Assembly (NCBI RefSeq): GCF_001598795.1
Contig: NZ_BCZP01000007.1
Coordinates: 90,001 to 122,000 of the forward strand
Direction: 5' to 3'
DNA from: Delftia acidovorans NBRC 14950
GTDB lineage: Bacteria > Pseudomonadota > Gammaproteobacteria > Burkholderiales > Burkholderiaceae_C
DNA length: 32,000 nucleotides
The notes beneath the pieces were generated by a model. It had not been told where the DNA came from and did no database searches. It saw only the letters and a list, made by a program, of their open reading frames with translations. Position 1 is the first letter of the stretch. Each line of letters starts with the position of its first letter. Positions 26,329 through 32,000 of this stretch are shown one piece after another. A program made the position numbers and the translations under genes.

Positions 26329-28686
26329 TCAGCAGTTGAGCCGGTCCGTGGGCGAGAGAATCTGGATGTCGCCGGGCGTGATGCGGATGGTGCTTTCGCC
26401 GCAGGTCAGCAGGATTTCCTGCTGGGCTTCGAGCCGGATCTTGGCGGCGTTGAGCTCAATGCTTTGCCCATCCATGGTGAGCTGGGAGGCCTTGCCGCCT
26501 CCACCGCTGCCGCTGTCACCACCGCCACCGCCACCGCCACCGGGCGCCGTGATGTTCATGGCCATGCCGCCTCCCGCGCCACCACCGCTGCCGCCACCAC
26601 CTCCGCCACCACCGCCCACGGTCAGCGAGTACTGCGAGCCCACTTCCGTGCTTTGCTTGCTGCCGACCTTGACCTGGCGCTCCTGCCCCACGGTGAGGTT
26701 CTGGCTCATGCCGACCGTGGTCTGCATGGCCACACCGATGTTCTCCATGTAGTTGACGCCGATGTTCATCATCTTCATCACACCCACGTTCTGCATGTAG
26801 GCCATGCCTATGGTCTGGGTCTTGAGCAGGCCGACCGTGACGTGCCAGTTCTGGCCTATCTTGTCGGTCTCGGTCTTGCCGATGGTCTTGCTGCGGTTCT
26901 TGCCGATGGAGATGTTCTCGTCGATGCCGACGTCTTCATTGCGGTTGTCGCCGATGCTGATCTTCTCGTTGTGGTCCACCCGCTCCGTGCGGTTGTTGTG
27001 CACGGTGATGGTCTCGTCGCGGTCCACGGTCTCCGTGCGGTCGCGGTGGATGACGTTGGTTTCGTCACGGTCCACCGTCTTGCGCCGGTCATTGCCCACC
27101 CATTTGTCCTCGTCGTTCTCGACTTCGGTGAGCTGGTCCTTTTGCGCGTGCAGCCACAGCTGTTCGGCGCCGGCCTTGTCCTCGAAGCGGATGGCGTTGG
27201 CGTCGCCCGGGCCGTTCTTCATGCCCGCGCCTGCGGCACCGCCCTTGCTCGATCTGGTCTTGATGCCCGATTGCGTGGCGTTGGCCGGCAGCGCCCAGGG
27301 CGGCATGTTGGCCGCGTTGTAGACGCAGCCCGTGACGATGGGGTAGTCCGGGTCGCCGTTGAGGAAGTCCACCACCACCTCGTGCCCTATGCGCGGGATG
27401 GAGATGGCGCCAAAGCCCGGGCCGGCCCAGTTGGTGGCCACGCGGATCCAGCAGCTGGAGTTCTCGTTCATGCCGCCCAGCCGGTCCCAGTGGAACTGCA
27501 CCTTGATGCGGCCGTATTCGTCGGTCCAGATTTCTTCTCCGGCCGGGCCCACGACGACGGCAGTCTGCGGGCCGGTGGTGCGCGGCTTGGGCGTGGTGCG
27601 CGCGGGCGTGTAGGCAAGACTCGTGGGCTGAGCCTGCAACTCGTAGCGCTGGAAGGAGCCGTCTTCCGCGGCGCTGCCCTTGGCGCCCGGAGCCACGGCA
27701 CTGACGCGGGGGTTCTCCTTCAAGTGGTAGCTCAGGCCCGTGATCAGGTACTGCTGGTTCTGGTCGCCGCGCGGGTAGTTGTAGAGGCTGAAGGTGTAGC
27801 CCGTGGCCAACGCCCGGTGGCAGGACTGGCCCCGCACCCGGCTTTGGCCCGTGAGGCTTTCCTTCAGGCGCACGCGGATGTAGTCCTCACCGTCGCTCAG
27901 CTGGGTGTAGCCGCCCGGCCATTCGTAGATTTCGTGGCCGTCATGGGCGTGGCCCGGTGGGTCGCGCCGCAGGTGGGTGAGGTCGGCCCGGGGTTTCTTG
28001 AAGTCGTAGTCGTCGCTGTAATGGCGGCCCGATTTGATTTCCTGCTCCAGCTGCCAGGCGTGGATGTTTTCCTGATCGCCTGCGGCGGCTTTTTCCGGGG
28101 GATAAAAGGGAATGGAGGCGCCCCCGGGCAATACGCTGTGCGAGGCAATGATGTCGTCGCACAGCACCAGGGTGTGCTGGCCTGAGGCATGCTCGAAGAA
28201 GTAGTAAATGCCTTCGTGCTCCATCAATCGCGATACGAAGTCGCAATCGCTTTCGTTGTATTGAACGCAGTAGTCCCAGCTGCGATACGCACGCGTGAGT
28301 TTCTTTTGCAGGGGATGGCCATAGACGCCCAATACCTGCTCGATGATGTCGGGCACGGTCTGGTTCTGGAAGATGCGAAAGTCGCTCTTGCGCGTGGCCA
28401 GCCACAGCCAGGGGCTCAGGCGCGCCTTGTAGGCGTAGTGGCGGTGGTCCTGGCCCTGCATGCCGAAGCGGGTGACGATGCCGTCAATGAAGCGCCTGCC
28501 GCCGCCCTGGGTTTCTATTTCTATGGTGGCGTTTTTGCCCAATAGGGCCTTGGGATCGATGCTTTCGCTTTCGCTGAGCATTTCCACATCGAGGCTGAAG
28601 AGCTGGCTGATGTTTTCCTGGCCGCGCAATTCACGGAAATGCAGCTGCTCGCCCAATGGCGTGTGTATGGTGACTCGGCGTGTCAT
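26329..28686 (-). CDS. vgrG: T6SS spike protein VgrG
   Basis: gp27-like N-terminus (FRIFQNQTVPDIIEQVL, WDYCVQYNESDCDFVSRLMEHEGIYYFFEH). gp5-like OB region (WAGPGFGAISIPRIGHEVVVDFLNGDPDYPIVTGCVYN). Beta-helix octapeptide-like repeats (DRDETNVIHRDRTETVDRDETITVHNNRTERVDHNEKISIGDNRNEDVGIDENISIG). Gly-rich linker and short C-terminal domain. Confidence 0.95.
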   Translation of the reverse strand: MTRRVTIHTPLGEQLHFRELRGQENISQLFSLDVEMLSESESIDPKALLGKNATIEIETQGGGRRFIDGIVTRFGMQGQDHRHYAYKARLSPWLWLATRKSDFRIFQNQTVPDIIEQVLGVYGHPLQKKLTRAYRSWDYCVQYNESDCDFVSRLMEHEGIYYFFEHASGQHTLVLCDDIIASHSVLPGGASIPFYPPEKAAAGDQENIHAWQLEQEIKSGRHYSDDYDFKKPRADLTHLRRDPPGHAHDGHEIYEWPGGYTQLSDGEDYIRVRLKESLTGQSRVRGQSCHRALATGYTFSLYNYPRGDQNQQYLITGLSYHLKENPRVSAVAPGAKGSAAEDGSFQRYELQAQPTSLAYTPARTTPKPRTTGPQTAVVVGPAGEEIWTDEYGRIKVQFHWDRLGGMNENSSCWIRVATNWAGPGFGAISIPRIGHEVVVDFLNGDPDYPIVTGCVYNAANMPPWALPANATQSGIKTRSSKGGAAGAGMKNGPGDANAIRFEDKAGAEQLWLHAQKDQLTEVENDEDKWVGNDRRKTVDRDETNVIHRDRTETVDRDETITVHNNRTERVDHNEKISIGDNRNEDVGIDENISIGKNRSKTIGKTETDKIGQNWHVTVGLLKTQTIGMAYMQNVGVMKMMNIGVNYMENIGVAMQTTVGMSQNLTVGQERQVKVGSKQSTEVGSQYSLTVGGGGGGGGGSGGGAGGGMAMNITAPGGGGGGGGDSGSGGGGKASQLTMDGQSIELNAAKIRLEAQQEILLTCGESTIRITPGDIQILSPTDRLNC
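26494..26620 (-). repeat. GGN-codon low-complexity tract encoding the VgrG poly-Gly linker
   Basis: The plus strand reads gcc/acc-rich (accgccaccgccaccgccacc, ccgccaccacctccgccaccaccgcc). It encodes GGGGGGGGGSGGGAGGG and GGGGGGGGDSGSGGGG flanking MAMNITAP. Confidence 0.8.
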
Positions 28687-28777
28687 AGTGCGCGCCGCCC
28701 TGGGGGCGGCCTCCCTGCTCTTGGTGAGCGGGGATCATAGACAAGCCGATGGCCATAGGGCAATCAAATGCAGGGCC

Positions 28778-28869
28778 GGATACATCCTGTAAATGTAAGC
28801 AATTGCCTATCTTGGATACAGGCCTGTATTTGAATGGCATGCCACCCATTGATCTTCAATGCCATTCAA
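28778..28869. promoter_or_regulatory. cluster of operator-like palindromes upstream of vgrG
   Basis: GGATACATCCTGTA (28778-28791) and GGATACAGGCCTGTA (28814-28828, within the perfect 14-bp palindrome ATACAGGCCTGTAT at 28816-28829). Also an 11-bp perfect inverted repeat TTGAATGGCAT / ATGCCATTCAA (28830-28840 and 28859-28869, 18-nt spacer). They lie 92-183 bp upstream of the vgrG ATG. Confidence 0.4.
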
Positions 28870-28921
28870 CCCTCCATCGCGCCTTGAATTTCGCCTTGAA
28901 CCGCGAATGCATTGCGCGTGC

Positions 28922-29638
28922 TCACACTCCCAAATACCGTTCCCACAGCGCTCGATCCCCATCCAGCGCGGCCGAGTCTCCGCTCCACACGACCTTGCCG
29001 CGCTCCAGGATGAGGTGGCGGTCAGCCAGGCCCAGCAGGCGCTCCACGTATTTGTCGATGACCAGGATGGTCTGGCCGGCGGCACGCAGCTGGGCCAGGC
29101 AGGACCAGATCTCTTCACGGATGCGGGGGGCCAGGCCCTCGGTGGCTTCGTCCAGGATCAACAGGCGCGGGTTGGTGACCAGGGCGCGGCCTATGGCCAG
29201 CATTTGCTGCTCGCCGCCTGACAGCTGGTTGCCCATGTTGGCGGCACGCTCGCCCAGGCGGGGAAACAGCGCGAACACGCGCTCGGGCGTCCAGGGCTCG
29301 GCCGCACCGGGGCTGCCCGAATTGCGATGGGCCACAAAGGCCGTCAGGTGCTCACGCACCGTGAGGTTGGGAAAGCACTGGCGGCCTTCGGGCACGATGG
29401 CCACGCCGGCGCGGGCGATGCGGTCGGTGGCCCAGCCGGCGATGTCCTGCCCGGCAAACACCATCCGGCCGGCGCGCAGGGGTAGCTGGCCCAGCAGCGT
29501 GCGAAGCAGCGTGGTCTTGCCCATGCCGTTGCGGCCCAGCAGGGTGACGACCTGGCCTGCCTCGATGCGGAGATCCACGCCGAACAGCACCTGGCTGGGT
29601 CCGTAGCCGCTTTGCACGGCCTGCATTTCGAGCATCAC
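28922..29638 (-). CDS. livF: branched-chain amino acid-type (HAAT family) ABC transporter ATP-binding protein, LivF-like
   Basis: Walker A GRNGMGKTT, signature LSGGEQQML, Walker B LLILDEATEGL. Starts at the GTG at 29638 or the ATG at 29635, either overlapping the upstream stop. Confidence 0.85.
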   Translation of the reverse strand: MMLEMQAVQSGYGPSQVLFGVDLRIEAGQVVTLLGRNGMGKTTLLRTLLGQLPLRAGRMVFAGQDIAGWATDRIARAGVAIVPEGRQCFPNLTVREHLTAFVAHRNSGSPGAAEPWTPERVFALFPRLGERAANMGNQLSGGEQQMLAIGRALVTNPRLLILDEATEGLAPRIREEIWSCLAQLRAAGQTILVIDKYVERLLGLADRHLILERGKVVWSGDSAALDGDRALWERYLGV

Positions 29639-30429
29639 GCGCCCTCCTTCACTTCTTCGTCGCCCAGGTAGGCCTGGCGCACGTCGGCGTTGCCACGTAT
29701 CTCGTCGGGCGTGCCGGTGGCGATGATGCGGCCGTAGACCAGCACGGAGATGCGGTCGGCCAGGCGGAACACGGCCTGCATGTCGTGCTCCACCAGCAGC
29801 ATGGCGGCACGGCCGCGCAGGGATTCGATCAGCTCGGTCAGGCGCAGTGTTTCATCAGGCCCCATGCCGGCCATGGGTTCGTCCAGCAGCAGCACGCCGG
29901 GGCGCGCGGCCAGGGCCAGCGCAAACTCCAGCTTGCGCTGCTCGCCATGCGGCAGCGTGCCTGCGGGGCGCTGCAGCAGGCTGGCGTCAATGGCGCATTC
30001 GCGCGCCAGCTCGCGGGCCTGCTCGTAGAGCGCGGTCTCGGCCGCGCGCGAGCGCCAGAAGCTAAAGCTGCTGCCCGCATGCGCCTGCACGGCCAGCACC
30101 AGGTTGTCCAGCACGCTGGACTGCTTGAAGATGTTGGTGATCTGGAAAGACCGCGACAGCCCCGCCGCCACGCGCTGGTGGGCGTTGAGCGCGCTCACAT
30201 CGCGCCCGGCCAGTGCCAGGGTGCCGGCGTCGGCCGCCAGCGTGCCGGACAGCAGATGGATGAGCGTGGACTTGCCCGCGCCATTGGGGCCGATCAGCGC
30301 ATGGATCTCGCCAGGCGCCAGCGACAACGAGACATGGTCGGTAGCCAGCAGCGCGCCAAAGCGGCGCACCAGGCCCTTGGCTTCCAGGGCCGGGGTGGGA
30401 ATGGAGATAGGGTTGGCCGCGCCCCTCAT
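29635..30429 (-). CDS. livG: HAAT-family ABC transporter ATP-binding protein, LivG-like
   Basis: The ATG at 30429 (MRGAANPISIP...) makes an ATGA overlap with the permease stop. Walker A GPNGAGKST, Walker B LLLLDEPMAGM and a LivG-type C-terminal segment. Confidence 0.85.
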   Translation of the reverse strand: MRGAANPISIPTPALEAKGLVRRFGALLATDHVSLSLAPGEIHALIGPNGAGKSTLIHLLSGTLAADAGTLALAGRDVSALNAHQRVAAGLSRSFQITNIFKQSSVLDNLVLAVQAHAGSSFSFWRSRAAETALYEQARELARECAIDASLLQRPAGTLPHGEQRKLEFALALAARPGVLLLDEPMAGMGPDETLRLTELIESLRGRAAMLLVEHDMQAVFRLADRISVLVYGRIIATGTPDEIRGNADVRQAYLGDEEVKEGA

Positions 30430-31388
30430 GCCTGCCTCCCGCGTGCGGGCCACAGGCCCATCAGGCCGCGCGGCGCACCGAACACCACGCACAGCAGCAG
30501 CAGGCCCAGCGGCAGGTGCCAGTACTCGGTCCACATGCGAAGCACTTCCTCCAGGGTCAGCATGACGACGGCGCCGGCCACGCCGCCCCAGCGCAGGCCC
30601 ACGCCCCCTACCAGCACCATGATCAGCAGGTTGGCCGACTGGGTCCAGTGCATGAGGCTGGGGGAGATGAACAGGTTGTGGTTGGCCAGCAGCGCGCCCG
30701 CCAGCCCGGCCACGGCGCCGCTGAGCACAAAGGCTGCCAGCTTGATGCGATAGACCGGGTAGCCCAGCGACTCCATGCGCGACTCGTTCTCGCGCACGCC
30801 CTGCAGCGCCTTGCCGAAGCGCGAATCCACCAGCCGCCCGAACACGGCCATCAGCACCGCGAACAGCACCAGCACCACGTAGTAGAAAGAGACATCGTGG
30901 CCCAGGTCCAGCCCGGGCAGCACGGAATGGCCGGGCAGGTTGAGCCCGTCCTCGCCGCCGTACTGGCGCAGCGAGATGAAGATGTAGAACAGCATCTGCG
31001 CAAAGGCCAGCGTGATCATGATGAAGTACACGCCGCGCGTGCGCAGCGACACGGCGCCCGTGGCGGCGGCCAGCAGCCCGGCCAGCAGCGCGGCGGCCGG
31101 CCAGGCCACCAGGGCCGAGGTCACGCCGTTCATCGCCAGGATGCCCACCGCATAGGCCCCCGCACCGAAGAAGGCCGCATGCCCCAGCGCCACCATGCCG
31201 CCATAGCCCAGGATGAGGTTCAAGCTGGTGGCGGCTAGCGCGTAGATCAGCACGCGGCGCACGAAGGAGATGTAGAAGTCCAGCCCCAGCGCCGGAGCCA
31301 CCAGCGGGAAAATCGCCAGCGCCAGCAGCGCCAGCACGGTCCAGAAGAACCGGGCCTGGAACCTGCCTTGTAATGTGCTGTGTTCCAT
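30426..31388 (-). CDS. livM: HAAT-family ABC transporter permease, LivM-like
   Basis: The ATG at 31388 (MEHSTLQGRFQARFFWTVLALLAL...) lies just after the upstream stop at 31391. Multi-pass, with LNLILGYGGMVALGHAAFFGAGAY typical of LivM. The longer 398-aa track ORF has a non-homologous Arg/Gly-rich leader. Confidence 0.85.
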   Translation of the reverse strand: MEHSTLQGRFQARFFWTVLALLALAIFPLVAPALGLDFYISFVRRVLIYALAATSLNLILGYGGMVALGHAAFFGAGAYAVGILAMNGVTSALVAWPAAALLAGLLAAATGAVSLRTRGVYFIMITLAFAQMLFYIFISLRQYGGEDGLNLPGHSVLPGLDLGHDVSFYYVVLVLFAVLMAVFGRLVDSRFGKALQGVRENESRMESLGYPVYRIKLAAFVLSGAVAGLAGALLANHNLFISPSLMHWTQSANLLIMVLVGGVGLRWGGVAGAVVMLTLEEVLRMWTEYWHLPLGLLLLCVVFGAPRGLMGLWPARGRQA

Positions 31389-31390
31389 GC

Positions 31391-32000
31391 TCAGCCTCGC
31401 GCGGGGAAAAGGCCGGAAGGCCGGTACACCAGCACCACCGCCATCAGCACATAGATGGAAATCGCCGCCAGCGTGGGCCCCACGCTGGATGCCACGGCCG
31501 GGGAGAACACCTGGCGCAGCAGCATGGGCAGAAAGGCCCGCCCCGCCGTGTCCACCATGCCCACCAGCAAGGCGCCAACCAGGGCGCCGCGTATGGAGCC
31601 TATGCCGCCGATGACGATGCACACCAGCACCAGGATGAGGATCTCTTCCCCCATGCCGACCTGCACCGAAGTGATGGGCCCCAGCAGCGCCCCCGCCACC
31701 GCCGCCAGCATGGCGCCCAGCGTGAACACGCCCAGGAACAGCAGCGGCACGCGCACGCCCATCAGCGTGGCCATCTGACGGTTGGAGGCGCCTGCCCGCA
31801 CCAGCACGCCGGCGCGCGTGCGCGTCACGAACCAGTACAGGCCCAGCGCGGCAGCCAGGCCGAAGACGATGATCATCAGCCGGTAGGCCGGGTACATGAG
31901 ATCGGGCAGCAACTGCACGGGCCCGGACAGCGCGGCCGGCATGTTGAGCATCACCGGCGCCGGGCCCCAGACCATCTTGACCAGGTCATTGGCAATGAGG
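31391..32000 (-). CDS. livH: HAAT-family ABC transporter permease, LivH-like (5' end outside the window)
   Basis: The frame is open to the right edge of the window. Hydrophobic multi-pass sequence ...IVIGGIGSIRGALVGALLVGMVDT...LVYRPSGLFPARG is typical of a LivH C-terminus. Confidence 0.8.
   Translation of the reverse strand, partial: LIANDLVKMVWGPAPVMLNMPAALSGPVQLLPDLMYPAYRLMIIVFGLAAALGLYWFVTRTRAGVLVRAGASNRQMATLMGVRVPLLFLGVFTLGAMLAAVAGALLGPITSVQVGMGEEILILVLVCIVIGGIGSIRGALVGALLVGMVDTAGRAFLPMLLRQVFSPAVASSVGPTLAAISIYVLMAVVLVYRPSGLFPARG

Noticed and set aside
22132-28185. Plus-strand ORFs opposite rhs and vgrG (22132..22533, 22591..23640, 23767..26274, 26293..28185), and off-frame minus-strand ORFs (22307..24025, 23931..25463, 24197..25438, 25509..26246)
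   Set aside because: They overlap the 1533-aa Rhs and 785-aa VgrG frames, which have unmistakable family motifs. The alternatives translate to Pro/Arg/Ala/Gly low-complexity sequence.
28835-28852. Possible sigma-54 promoter (TGGCAT...) upstream of vgrG
   Set aside because: On neither strand is the GG element followed by a properly spaced TTGC/GC element (TGGCAC-N5-TTGC). The TGGCATGCCA is better explained as part of a palindrome.
1-32000. Mobile-element hallmarks, tRNA/rRNA genes, CRISPR arrays, phage genes
   Set aside because: I saw no integrase, transposase or recombinase-like ORF, no cloverleaf-compatible tRNA-like segment, no regularly spaced short direct repeats and no terminal inverted repeats flanking the AT-rich island. 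The only large repeats are the three rhs core copies.

Overview
High-GC (about two-thirds G+C by eye) proteobacterial chromosome, probably a betaproteobacterium of the Burkholderiales by gene content. Almost every gene is on the minus strand. Left to right: (1) the 3' end of a Fur-family regulator, convergent with a putative metal-uptake operon (small secreted protein, TonB-dependent siderophore receptor, ABC ATPase, two DUF3526-like ABC-2 permeases); (2) a TetR regulator and, across a 770-bp AT-rich gap, a divergent H-NS-type gene; (3) a seven-gene CoA-dependent aerobic aromatic-acid operon of the 2-aminobenzoyl-CoA / salicylyl-CoA type; (4) three unrecognised genes; (5) the accessory centrepiece, a stand-alone T6SS effector island: vgrG, a 1533-aa PAAR-Rhs effector with an unrecognised 167-aa C-terminal toxin, a 4-TM immunity gene, then two orphan rhs-CT/immunity cassettes. 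Each cassette is headed by a ~350-390-bp copy of the rhs core 3' end and followed by strongly AT-rich cargo; (6) the distal part of a liv-type ABC importer operon. I found no tRNA, rRNA, CRISPR array, integrase or transposase. The long plus-strand ORFs opposite the minus-strand genes are antisense artefacts of high GC. All family assignments come from motif recognition in the translations; no database search was run.
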